Under the pieces are notes generated by a model. The model saw only the letters and a list, made by a program, of their open reading frames with translations, was not told where the DNA came from and made no database searches. A DNA stretch of 64,000 nt from an uncultured Actinomycetota bacterium. GTDB lineage: Bacteria; Actinomycetota; Actinomycetes; Streptosporangiales; Streptosporangiaceae. Position numbers and translations under genes: made by a program. Shown piece by piece: positions 18,695 through 28,874 of the stretch (position 1 is the stretch's first letter; every line of letters starts with the position of its first letter). The DNA lies in the NCBI GenBank assembly GCA_963743085.1, contig CAVUOU010000034.1:3679-67678 (forward strand), read 5' to 3'.

Positions 18695-18900
18695 ACGACA
18701 ACAGACCATCTAGCCATCGGCAAGCCCCGCTTTGGGAACGTTTGCTCGTCGAGTGCGTTCGCCATCAACTCCCGGATCGCGAACGGCACCGTCCAGTGCT
18801 CCAGGGCCTTCTCGATGTTCAGAACCCGTAGTGAGACGCATGACCGTGGGACAAGGTGTGCAGAAGACTACATAGGTGCACGGCATTCGTTACCGCACTG

Positions 18901-18923
18901 CTAGCCGTCACGTGACCGGCTAG
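18901..18923. promoter_or_regulatory. composite palindrome ctagccg-tcacgtgac-cggctag in the Crp upstream / divergent promoter region
   Basis: 7-bp arms flank a palindromic core, read from the sequence. A candidate operator. Confidence 0.3.
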
Positions 18924-19217
18924 TGGTCAGGCACCCACGAGAGGTTCCGGTGACTGGTAACAACCTTCCGAGTTGCGGGACCCCGGAGGGCTAAGCCCCC
19001 GTCGTTATGGTCCTCCGTGCTCTCACGGGCGCGGTCGGGCGCGTGTACCTCCCACCGGTACCAGCACGAAGGGCAACCCCATGCATCCTCAGTCGGCTAT
19101 CGGTCAGCGGCTGCTCGCCGGTTACCGCAAAATCTTGCATCGTCGCAGGTAGGGACCACTTTGTCGGGGGGCCTCATTATGGTGAGCGCACGATCCGTTA
19201 CGGAGAGGAACCCCCCA

Positions 19218-20197
19218 TGAACGAGCTGATCGTCCCAGTCAGGGAGGACGACGTGCACGCGACCTACCTGGTTCCGCTGCCCGGGTTCACGACCGTCGAA
19301 GCGGCCACCCAGGTCATCGCCGCAGCCGCCGCCACGGCGATCACCGGTAAGCGCGGCCGGAAGCTTACCCGCAAACGTGCGACCCGGCTGCCAGGGCTGT
19401 TCCCGGCGCTCGTCCTGTCGTGGGTCCGGTCGGGTGAGGTGACCATCTCTATGCTGGAGGGCGAGGATCCCGACGGCCTGCCGGGAGACATCCCGCCGGA
19501 CCTGGCCCGGTTTCTCGCTACGGCTCCCGCCTTCGCGGTCATCGCCTCGGTGCACCCCGCCTCGCTTCTGGCGGTGCAGGAATGGCGGGCACGCGCCACC
19601 GCCGCGGCGCTCGCCGCCGGGCTCGGGTGCGGGATGTTCGAGCTCACCGCCCTGCGAACGATCGATGTGCCCACGGCGCTCGCGTCACTGCCCGAGATCA
19701 TCATCGACGGTGAAGAGGTGGAGACCCGGTTTGACATGCGACCGTGGATCATGGCCAGCGCCTTCGAGGTCGAAGGCACCTACTGGGCGGTGTCGGACGG
19801 GATGGGGTATTTCGGCCTGCCGGAGCTGAAGTTCGGCGGGACGACGCGTGACCTGCGCACCGAACTCGCCGACATCGCCCGCGGGCTGGCGATCCTCATC
19901 GTTTCTTGCATAGATCCCGACGCCGCGTACTCCGGTCCCAACGCCCCGATGATGGCACTGCCGCCCGCGGTGCTGGTCCCCGAGGTGATCGAAGTCAACC
20001 GCGAACTGCTGAACCTCGATCCGGAGGCCCAGCACCGCAGCGGCACGAGGACAGGAGTGCGCATCCGTCTTGAGGAGGCGCCGCAGGGCTGCCGCTGGCT
20101 GACAGTGTGCCCACCCGACGAGAACGTCAGCGCGGAAACCTTTATCGGGGAACTGTGCGATGCGATGTTCGGCTTCGAGAAGCCGAGGTTGCGTTAG
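19218..20197 (+). CDS. hypothetical protein
   Basis: MNELIVPV... start, coding-like over 326 aa. Divergent from the Crp operon. No family recognised. Confidence 0.4.
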
Positions 20198-20234
20198 TCG
20201 GTGGCCAGGTTCCCACTCGCCCGAGCCGGTTGGT

Positions 20235-21749
20235 TCAGGCGGGGTACTGGCGGGGCTGGCTGGTGTAGTGCCGCCCGCTGGGGGTGGTCCATTGCCGGAA
20301 GCCGGGGGCGATCTGCTTGACTTGCCAGCTGGGCTTCTGCTTGATCTGGTGGTCGTGTTCGTCGACCATCGAGCAATTACACATACAGGTCCACCCACCC
20401 GATTCGAACGGCTGAGCGTGCTCGTAGTCGCATTTTCGAGCGGGTCGGGCGCAGCCGGGACGGGCGCAGGTTCCGTCCCTAACCTCGGTCAGGTGCCGGA
20501 GCAATTCGCTGGGATCGTGCTGCTCGGTGCGGTAGGTGTGGTCGCAGTCGAAGATGGCGACCGGGTACAGCGTGAACTCCCTGGCCTGGTCTTGCGGGAA
20601 GGCGATGCGCATGGTCCCGGCGTTGTCCGCTTTCGCCCGGTTGCTCCGCCGGTTCGCGGGTGGACATCCGTGCGAGGTGACCCAGCCCTGGTCGTTCACG
20701 AGGGAGAGATGCCATTCGGTCTGGTCCCCGGCGCGGGCCGCCGCTGCGGCGAGCTGGCGGACCATGTCCGGGTCGATGGCGCCGAGCCCGGCCGCTTCGC
20801 CCGGATTGTCGGCCTGGCCGAGCACGGTCAAAAGCGGCAGGATCCACTCCGGCGCGGTCAGGTGCACCTGCCGCGGTGCCGCCGCGGTGCTTTCCGTGGA
20901 GGTGTCGGTGCCGAGGGGGTTGCGGCCGGTGAGCTTATCGGCGAAGGCCCGGGCACGGAGCTTGTCCATTCCTCCGGTCATCCCGGACTTCTTGTAGGCT
21001 TCGGCGCGTTCCTGGACCGCGGCCTCGGCGTCCATCGCGTCGGCTGGGTTGAGGCCGGAGGCCTGGATCGCCATCGTGCCTTCCGGCTCCCGCCAGGACG
21101 CGACCTTCGCGTTCCGCTCCGATTCCGTTCGGCGCTTTTCCGCCGCCTCCGGGTCGGCGGCGATGCTGGCCCCCTCGGTCAGCTTGCGCAGCTCACCGGG
21201 GGTCTTGCCCTTGAACGAGCCCCCGGCCTGCATCAGGGCGAGTTTTTCGGCGTTCCACGCGGCCTCGTTGTCCAGCGGCCGGGTGACTTCCGCCATGATC
21301 GAGGCCTTCACGTAGTCGACGTCGCCGGTCTCCAGCGCGGCGGCGGTGGCGGTCAGCCGGGTGGCCAGCGTGACCCCCAGGCTCACCAGCTTGTCGGTCG
21401 CTGGCTTGGACATGCCCAGCGCCAGCGCCGCTTCCTCGCTGACGCTTTCGTCCCATCCGGCCGGTACTTCCGGTGCGATGTCGGCCGGTCCGGTGACAGT
21501 GCCGAGCGCCGGGATGCCCCGGCGCCGCACCAGCTCGGTCACCGCGGCCAGCTTCTGTGAGCAGGCCTAGGACTCGACCGCCGCCCACCGGCCCAGCGCC
21601 CCGGTGAGCTGGTCATCGTCCAGCCCTCGGTACCGGCGGTCCTGGCCCGCCACTTGCTCCAGGATCCCCGCCAGCTTCGCTGACGGGCGGGCCATGTCCA
21701 AGGTCTCGCCCTGGGAGAAGCCGCTGTAGTCTGCCATGCTCCCGTTCAC
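20235..21749 (-). pseudogene. DUF222 / REP13E12-family HNH endonuclease interrupted by an in-frame TAG
   Basis: Complete HNH core (RDGTCARPGCARPARKCDYEHAQPFESGGWTCMCNCSMVDEHDHQIKQKPSW). ORFs 21567..21749 and 20235..21542 are in the same frame, separated by a TAG at 21567-21569. Confidence 0.6.
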
Positions 21750-22098
21750 CCCGCTTCCCGGTCTGGGATACCTGGCGTCTCTTCCCGCCAGGCTTCCCGG
21801 TATCGATTTTACGTTCGAATTCTATCACGAACGATCCTGATATCGAACTCGCAGTTGATTGTGGTGGCGCGGGTAAGAATCCGGATATTGCACCACGGCC
21901 CCGCTGGATGAAAACGTGACAAAAGCTAGCAAATAGCGAGTGAATCGGAAGGCGTCCACGATTTGCCTGGTCGCCCATGCCTCGCTCACCATTCCTTGAG
22001 CCGAACGACAGGCTCTCATCGTCGTCGGCCATGCGCATCCCCGGCGAATGCCCTATTCTGATCACAGCTGCACTCGACCACTGTCGAGTTGTCCTTGA

Positions 22099-22422
22099 AT
22101 GCACGACAGGAAGGACGTCGTGGACCACGACAGCGCTCCTGGGGGTCAGGAGAACGACGAGTACGAGCTCCCGGCCTCGTTCTGGCGGGCGGTGGCGACA
22201 CTCGATGCCAGGACGGGGCCTGCGGTCACCGCGGTCATCCGGCTGTACCAGGAGTTCCCGGCCTGGGCCGTATGGCTGCCCCGTGGCGGTGGTCCGTGGG
22301 TCGCCGCCCGTCCGGCGTCCGCTGAGTGTCCGGCCGTCGGCTTGCCCATGGTGTGGGTGCACGCGGGCACCGCGACCGAGCTAGCCAACCGGATGCGGGG
22401 CGTGGACTGGCAGCTCAACTGA
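22099..22422 (+). CDS. small hypothetical protein
   Basis: 107-aa ORF with a plausible composition. Antisense ORFs are low-complexity. Weak call. Confidence 0.25.
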   Translation: MHDRKDVVDHDSAPGGQENDEYELPASFWRAVATLDARTGPAVTAVIRLYQEFPAWAVWLPRGGGPWVAARPASAECPAVGLPMVWVHAGTATELANRMRGVDWQLN

Positions 22423-22546
22423 TCGCGCGCCTTGGCGGCCGGCGGCGGCGGAAGTTCCACTGTGGCTGGTTGCCCGGAGATCCGAGCGCCGGGCCTGCCG
22501 GACAAAACGTGCGTTCAGGCTGATAGATCCAGACCGGTCGGCACGA

Positions 22547-23992
22547 TCATGCCTTACCGACGAGCTTCGGCTCGTCGGTCCGGTTGCCGGCCCGATGCGG
22601 AACCATCGTTGCCGCCGCGTCGGCGTCCCGGACGGTGAGTGCGACGGCGATGGCAGCGACGGCCGCCGCCGCGGCGGCGAGGAAGCCGTAGTGGTAGGCG
22701 CTCAGGTTCGCGGTGACGTGACCGGCTGCCAAACGCGTGGGTCCGGCGGCGGCGAGCACCGTGGTGAGCAACGCGACGCCAACGGCCCCGCCGAGTTGCT
22801 TGCCGGCGTTGAAGATCGATGAGGCGCGGCCGGTCTCAGCCTTGGTGATGGTCGCCATCGACGCGGCCTGGTTGGGGATGAACACCAGCGAGACCCCGAT
22901 GCCGAGCACCAGCATGATCAAGCGGATCAGCCACAGGCTGGTGCTGACCTGGGCCATCAGGACCATCGCTGCGGCCACGACGATGAGTCCCGCGATCACG
23001 AGCCGCTGCGGACCGAACCGCCAGTACAGCAGCCGTGTCACGACCTGTCCGCCGGCCATGACGCCGAGCGCGGAGGGGAAGACGGTGAGCCCTGACTGCA
23101 CGGCGGACAGGCCGAGCGCGTCCTGGAGGAACAGCGCGGCTAGGTACAGCGCGCCGAGGTAGGCGACCGAGCCGAGCCCGTACAGGCTGGTCGCCGCCGC
23201 GAACAAACGATTGCGGAACAGGTGCAGGTCCACCAGCGGGTTGGCTACCCGCAGCTCGACGACAATCATTGCTATCAATAGCGCTGTTCCCGCGCAGATG
23301 GTGGCGAGTACCGGAACGGCCAGCCAGCCCTGGGCCGGTCCCTCCGAGATTCCGTACATGACCGAGCCGAGCCCAAGGCCCGACAGCGCCAGGCCGGTGA
23401 TGTCGAGACGGCCGGGGTGGTGCGGGATGTGGTCGGCGAGCGTCACCGCGCCGAACACGAACGCCGCCACGCCGATTGGCGCGTTGACGAAGAACACCAG
23501 CCGCCACGACAGGTAGGTCGTGAACAGCCCGCCGAGGATCGGTCCCAACGCTGGTGCCAGTGCGGTGAGCACAGCTAGGACGCTCGAGATCCGCACCCGT
23601 TCGGCCGGCGGGTACACCCGGAACAGCATTGCCAATCCGACCGGGGTCATCACCGCGCCGCCGACGCCCTGCAGGACCCGGAACGCGATCAGCTCACCCA
23701 GGCTGGTGGACAGACCGCACAGCGCCGACGCGATGGTGAACACGCCGATCGCGGTGAGCAGCGCGCGGCGGCCGCCGATCCGGTCGCCCAGCCAGCCCGA
23801 GGCTGGGATGAACACCGTCAGGCTGACCAGGTAGGCGATCGACACCAGGCCGACCCCGTTGGCTCTGGCGTGGAAGTCCCGGCCCAGGGTGGGCAGCGCC
23901 ACGTTGACGATTGTCGTGTCCATGATCGCCATGAACATCGCGGCGACGTATACAACGGCCACGGCCAGCTTCTGATCTTGATGCCGATCCAT
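22547..23992 (-). CDS. MFS transporter, DHA2 (EmrB/QacA-like) 14-TMS drug-efflux family
   Basis: MFMAIMDTTIVNVALPTLGRDF motif. 14 hydrophobic segments. WLGDRIGGRR. Confidence 0.8.
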   Translation of the reverse strand: MDRHQDQKLAVAVVYVAAMFMAIMDTTIVNVALPTLGRDFHARANGVGLVSIAYLVSLTVFIPASGWLGDRIGGRRALLTAIGVFTIASALCGLSTSLGELIAFRVLQGVGGAVMTPVGLAMLFRVYPPAERVRISSVLAVLTALAPALGPILGGLFTTYLSWRLVFFVNAPIGVAAFVFGAVTLADHIPHHPGRLDITGLALSGLGLGSVMYGISEGPAQGWLAVPVLATICAGTALLIAMIVVELRVANPLVDLHLFRNRLFAAATSLYGLGSVAYLGALYLAALFLQDALGLSAVQSGLTVFPSALGVMAGGQVVTRLLYWRFGPQRLVIAGLIVVAAAMVLMAQVSTSLWLIRLIMLVLGIGVSLVFIPNQAASMATITKAETGRASSIFNAGKQLGGAVGVALLTTVLAAAGPTRLAAGHVTANLSAYHYGFLAAAAAAVAAIAVALTVRDADAAATMVPHRAGNRTDEPKLVGKA

Positions 23993-24021
23993 AGTCAAGA
24001 ACATAGATAATATCACTGAGT

Positions 24022-24070
24022 GTGTCAATCAATGAAAATGTCAATCTTTTATACTGTCAGTCAGTGACAG
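24022..24070. promoter_or_regulatory. AT-rich MarR/MFS divergent promoter with palindrome ctgtcagtcagtgacag and direct repeat tgtcaatc x2
   Basis: Read from the sequence. Typical MarR operator layout. Confidence 0.35.
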
Positions 24071-24087
24071 GCAGTATCATCGATCTC

Positions 24088-24552
24088 ATGAGCTCTGGTA
24101 TGCAGGCGCCGGCCGCCGAAGTCGAGACTGAGGAACCCGCGGCTGAGGCGTGGCGGCGGATCCGGTCGCTCAGTCATAACCCGGCTGCCATGGCCGCTGC
24201 TCACCAGATCACGCTGGAGACTGGGCTGCCGCTTGCTCCGCTGCGGGCGCTGCTGGTGCTTCCGCTGGACGAGACCATGCCGATGCGCCAGCTTGCCAAG
24301 CACCTAGGCTGTGACAACTCCTACGTGACCTCGCTGGTCGACGCCCTGGAGCAACGGGGCCTCGCGGTTCGTCAGCAGCACCCGACCGACCGGCGGGTCA
24401 AGGTCATCGCGCTCACCGGGAAGGGCCAAGAGGTGGCCAAGCGCGCGCAGCTCGCCGACACGACACCGCCGGTCGCGTTCTCCGCGCTGAGCGAGTCTCA
24501 GCTGGTCACGCTCCGGGACCTGCTGCGAAAGCTCGATTCCGAGAGCGCCTAA
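24088..24552 (+). CDS. MarR-family transcriptional regulator
   Basis: MRQLAKHLGCDNSYVTSLVDALEQRGLAVRQQHPTDRRVKVIALTGKGQEV fits the MarR wHTH pattern. Divergent from the MFS pump. Confidence 0.75.
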   Translation: MSSGMQAPAAEVETEEPAAEAWRRIRSLSHNPAAMAAAHQITLETGLPLAPLRALLVLPLDETMPMRQLAKHLGCDNSYVTSLVDALEQRGLAVRQQHPTDRRVKVIALTGKGQEVAKRAQLADTTPPVAFSALSESQLVTLRDLLRKLDSESA

Positions 24553-24950
24553 CGTCCCAATCCCTGTGCGTTGGCCCAGTAGTCACGGATCTCCTGGAAC
24601 TTCTGGCCCTCGGGGACCTCGGTCGGCAGGCTGTAGCGCGAGGCGGAGATGTTCACGACCTGGATGTCTGTCACCTCCGGCCAGTGGCACGAATGATGGC
24701 CGAAGAACGTGCCTGTCCGGATGCCCTTCGGCGACAAGACGGTGGGGCCATGGGCGACGTTGAGCAAAATTATCGCGGCGATGAAGCCCGCCAAGCCCGG
24801 TATGAAGAGAAACCTGGTCGCCTGGCCGGACACCTCTGGCGCTGCGGCGACGCCCGCGACCCCGATCAAGAACACGACGGTGGCGATCCACCCTCGTCTC
24901 AGGAGCTGACGACGCTGAGACAGGCGATACTCGATCGCATCCACCGCCAA
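24549..24950 (-). CDS. small membrane protein (2 TMS, bacterial PH-like fold possible)
   Basis: Two hydrophobic helices followed by a beta-rich tail. Weak family call. Confidence 0.4.
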   Translation of the reverse strand: MAVDAIEYRLSQRRQLLRRGWIATVVFLIGVAGVAAAPEVSGQATRFLFIPGLAGFIAAIILLNVAHGPTVLSPKGIRTGTFFGHHSCHWPEVTDIQVVNISASRYSLPTEVPEGQKFQEIRDYWANAQGLGR

Positions 24951-25111
24951 ATCCCAGTAGAGGGTGAGAAACCATACCGTCCGTACTCGCGTTCAAAATT
25001 TCGCTGAGGAGGCGGTCGCCGAAGACAGGTCGATAACGGGCGAGTACGCATGACGATAAGTCTGGTGCCGATAACCGCATCGCTGATACACCATAAACGA
25101 AGGGATGGGCA

Positions 25112-25963
25112 ATGGATCTCGGGCAGCTGTGGAACGGGCTCGCTGACGAATTGAACCGTGAGTTCCGCAAGTTCCGGTCTCACCTCACGGGTCTCGATGT
25201 GCGGGTGAAAGCCGACAACACTCTGCTCACGGATGCGGATATAGCCGTCGAGAACCTGATCATAGATCATATCCGTATGGTTGATCCCGATCCGGTCATC
25301 GTGGCGGAAGAGGATGAGCGGGACTCGGTCCGCGATGAGGTGCTGGAGCGTCCCGGCCGGATATGGGTGATCGATCCGATTGACGGGACTGCTGAGTTCG
25401 TGAAGCGGGATGGCCGGGAGTTCTGTTCGGTGGTCTGCCTGCTGGAGAATCTGCTGCCAGTGGCCGCATTCGTGTTTGCGCCCGAACTCGGCCATGATGC
25501 AACGCCTATACAGGTAATAGGTAACGCTCGTGAGCCGTCGATCACGGCTAATGGCACCGTGGTGGGCCGGCGTTCTGGGAGCTGGGTATCGGCGACCCGC
25601 AGCACCGGAACGGAGCCGCGACCGTTTGAGACGGGACTTGAGCGCGCCGGGTACCGGCTGAAAACCCGGACAACGTTGCAAACCCTGGACATGGTTCGCA
25701 CCGCGGTGGATGTTGATGTCTTCTCGGATCTTCCGTTGCCTCAGTTCAAGATGTTTCTTCGGGAGAACCAGAAGGTCTGGGATGGTCTGGCGGGCGTGTG
25801 CCTGGGCAAGGTCGCGGGTCTCGCTTGCGTGGATGCCGACGGGCGTGATCGGGTGCCGGTCAGCACCGACGTGCTGAGTCAACCCGAGCCCGTGTTCAAG
25901 ACAACGATTGTTGGTGACAAGGAGTTGGTTTCGTGGCTCCTGAACGGATGTAGCGGGAGCTAG
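25112..25963 (+). CDS. inositol monophosphatase / CysQ-family phosphatase
   Basis: LLTDADIAVENLI, then VIVAEEDE, then WVIDPIDGTAEF metal-binding motifs. Confidence 0.7.
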   Translation: MDLGQLWNGLADELNREFRKFRSHLTGLDVRVKADNTLLTDADIAVENLIIDHIRMVDPDPVIVAEEDERDSVRDEVLERPGRIWVIDPIDGTAEFVKRDGREFCSVVCLLENLLPVAAFVFAPELGHDATPIQVIGNAREPSITANGTVVGRRSGSWVSATRSTGTEPRPFETGLERAGYRLKTRTTLQTLDMVRTAVDVDVFSDLPLPQFKMFLRENQKVWDGLAGVCLGKVAGLACVDADGRDRVPVSTDVLSQPEPVFKTTIVGDKELVSWLLNGCSGS

Positions 25964-25973
25964 ACGGCGGCAT

Positions 25974-27464
25974 ATGAACACGGTCCTGATCGATGTGACA
26001 TCCCTGATAGGGGCCGAAGAGTTCGTTCTTGCGCAAAATAACCGCCGACCGTTCGGTGATCCGTTTGGTCGGCAATGCTTTGTCGAGGTCGTCCAGTCTC
26101 TGATCTTCATGTCCGAGGTCTGCGTCGCTCATCCGGTGCTAGCTTTGCCGCGGGATACCGATTTTGGTGAGCAGCCACGCTTGCTCCGCACCTTGCTCTC
26201 TCGCGGTCTTGTCACGGCACTCCGGCTTGAGGAATCGGCCCGCAACTCTGCCTCGGCGCTGGAAGCGGCAGCGCTGAAAGATTTGCAGAGCGCCGATGGG
26301 CTCAGCTCCGTCGTGCGTTTCGTAACTCAAGCTCGGCTATGCGACGACACGGTTGCGTATGGAATCGCGCTTGCGACGAGGTTGCGTGAATGGTCGCAAT
26401 TCCAGGAGACGTGAGTCCACGGCGTCGCTGGTCACCATGACGTACGTATTCAGACCAACGATGGCATCGAGGCCGATGCTTTCGGCGACTGGGCGAGGGC
26501 AGCGGCGGTCGTGTTGAGTGAGACTCTGGCGGACATCTCGGTTCCCGGGACCGAGGCCTATCTGATGGCTACCTTGGCCCGGGGTATTCGATACCGCGCT
26601 CGAGCGGATGCGGCGAATGTGTCGTACCAGTCCCATCCACTGCGGCGAGACTTCCTGCTCACTTTCGAACTGACTCGCGGTGGTGCCGGGGACTCGCTCA
26701 TCTTCGATGTCATCCAGGTTGTCCGCGGCATCCAGACATCGCTGGTGACCGCTGGCGGTGAGTCGATGAGATCCCGGCTGCAGATCCTGGAGCTAGAGTT
26801 GCCGCTTCTCGGCGGTCGGCTATGGGATGCGTCGGAGACTGGCAGGTACTCCGACGAGTCGTGGATCGAGCTAGTCGCTGACAGAATCGTCGACTACCGA
26901 GCGAGAGCGCGGGAACTGAGGGATGCGATAGAGCAGTGCGTGACCGCTGAAGACTACCTACGGCTTTCCCGGGATATCGCCGCGGTTAAGAAGCGCCTGC
27001 TGGAACGGCTCGGCCTGCGGGCAGTGGACCTATCGCCCGTTGAGCGAGAACTTGTCGAAGGCGTTGCCTCGGTCAGTCACTCCATCCCTGGCGTCCCGAA
27101 CGTCACCGGTCTGTGGATGGGTGTTCGCGAGGTGGAGAAGCGTTACGTCTTCGCGGGAAAGCCCTTTCAGCGGTTCTTGTACAAGGAGTTCGTGAAGGCG
27201 TGGAAGCGGTCGGGGCGGTTAGGTGGCGTTGAGCCCAACAGACCGTCAACCGCAGCAAGATGCCGTTCGGACGCGGTGCTCAAGTCCCGGCCACTACTCG
27301 ATGGCCGATTTCGCGGTAACTCGCCCCGGAGGCCGGATCAGGACGTGTCCATCATCCCCTGGCCTTCGGCGTCACACACGCGACCGGACACGGTGCTCAC
27401 TATGACGGGGCCGCGCACCTATGTGGGATTCAGGCTTTGCCCTCCTTCTTCCTCATGCGCTTGA
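25974..27464 (+). pseudogene. hypothetical protein with an in-frame TGA at 26415-26417; conserved C-terminal module ends near 27215
   Basis: ORFs 25974..26414 and 26511..27464 share a frame and are separated by a single TGA. The C-terminal module is duplicated at 12690..12900. Confidence 0.35.
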
Positions 27465-27517
27465 TGGGCCGCCGGACTACTAGTCCGGCGGCCCATCAGA
27501 GTCGCTATCGGCGTGTA

Positions 27518-28279
27518 TCAGCAGCCGTCGTAGGCCGACCAGTTGGACTCGCCGCCATCAGCGACGGCGGTGTCGAACACCTGGTTCTGCTCGGCCACGC
27601 TCGCGTCACCGAAGTCAGCCGGGTTACCGCCGTACTCGGCCCAGGTCGAGGCGCTGAACTGGTACAGGCCGTAGTGGCCACTGGAGTTCATGACCTGGCT
27701 GTCGCCGCCAGACTCGCGTTCGATCACGCACTCCTGGAACGAGCTCTCGCCGGAGCCCGTGCTGGCGGACTGGTCCGACTCGCTGCTGTCCGAGGAGCCC
27801 TGCGAATAGGTCGAGGTCTGCTCGGTGCTCGTCGGCTCCGAGGTGGACGCCTGCTCCGAGGTGGACGCCTGCGACGGAGTCCCCGGGATGCTCAGAACCT
27901 CGCCGGGGTAGATGAGATTCTCATCCGAGATCTCGCCGGTGTTGGCCTGGTAAATGGCCGACCAATCGGCCGAGTTGCCGTAAACGCCCGCGGCGATCGA
28001 GCTGAGCGTGTCGCCCGACTGCACCGTGTACGAGGAGGTGCTCGTGGAGGCCGTCTGCTGCGCCGCCGCCGAGCTTACGGCCGACAGCAGCTGAGCGTGC
28101 GCGACGCTCGACTGGTGGCGAGCGGTCACGGCATGGTGCGCGATCGTGCTGGCCGATGCCGGGCTTGCCTGGAGTGACAGAGCGGCCGCTGCCGCTACCC
28201 CGAGGAGGGCGGGAGCGGCGGCAATCGGGAGTCGTTTTGACTTACGGAATCGTGCTGAGTGCTTACCTGGGCAGCCCAA
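27518..28279 (-). CDS. secreted LysM + transglycosylase-like domain protein
   Basis: TTG start 5 nt after a GGAAGGAG RBS. Signal peptide. LysM (YTVQSGDTLSSIAAGVYGNSADWSAIYQAN). C-terminal ECVIERESGG...GHYGLYQFSASTW transglycosylase-like motif. Confidence 0.65.
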   Translation of the reverse strand: MGCPGKHSARFRKSKRLPIAAAPALLGVAAAAALSLQASPASASTIAHHAVTARHQSSVAHAQLLSAVSSAAAQQTASTSTSSYTVQSGDTLSSIAAGVYGNSADWSAIYQANTGEISDENLIYPGEVLSIPGTPSQASTSEQASTSEPTSTEQTSTYSQGSSDSSESDQSASTGSGESSFQECVIERESGGDSQVMNSSGHYGLYQFSASTWAEYGGNPADFGDASVAEQNQVFDTAVADGGESNWSAYDGC

Positions 28280-28874
28280 AGGGCTCCTTCCCGCGAAGTT
28301 CGCGCTCACCTAGAAGGTGCAGAGTGGGGAGTATGGGTCGTTCGATCCCCACTCGTCCTCTGTAGCGCCTGACATCAACGCAACGTAGTTGATAAACGGT
28401 CAAAAGTTCAAAAATTGGACAAAATTTTTGTTGGATGCTACCTTGCGTGACCTTGATCCGCGGTCGCCGGTGAGATCGGACGCTTACTCTGTGTATCTGG
28501 CCACCCTGCGTGGACCTCTAACAAAGCCGGGGAAAGCGCCAAAATAGCGAGATATGACCGCAGGCGTCGCTCTCGCCGGGTCGGCTGGTTCTCGCGCTAA
28601 TTGACCGCTATGTTCCGCGTTTCAAGCCGGGACACCCGACCAGTCGGTGCCTCGGGTGAGTGCAACGTCACACTCGCCAGCCTCGGCCCGGCGGAAGCCT
28701 GGAAGGGCGCCGGGGCCTACTCGGGAACCGCTTGAGCGCCTCTTCGAGCGCTTCGGGAAGGTGAGTGGGCACGCCCATGCGCGGCACGGTCTTGTACGGG
28801 ATAAGTACGGCGAATTAACCGCTCCGTCGGGGAGTACGGTGGGGGCTGTTGTCGTGGTGGAGCTGGGAGGCAGT

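Noticed and set aside
21613-22362. 249-aa minus-strand ORF
   Set aside because: Low-complexity Arg/Gly/Pro translation, typical of spurious ORFs in 70% GC DNA.
28313-28346. tRNA-like hairpin gtgggga..ttcgatcccca
   Set aside because: A 7-bp stem with a 15-nt loop that lies inside the 5' coding region of the LysM gene. No acceptor or anticodon arms. Not a tRNA.
28280-28640. Possible c-di-AMP (ydaO) riboswitch in the leader of the LysM-transglycosylase gene
   Set aside because: These riboswitches commonly precede such genes, but I could not find the conserved motif elements in the minus-strand leader. The apparent long leader shrinks once the TTG start after the GGAAGGAG RBS is used.
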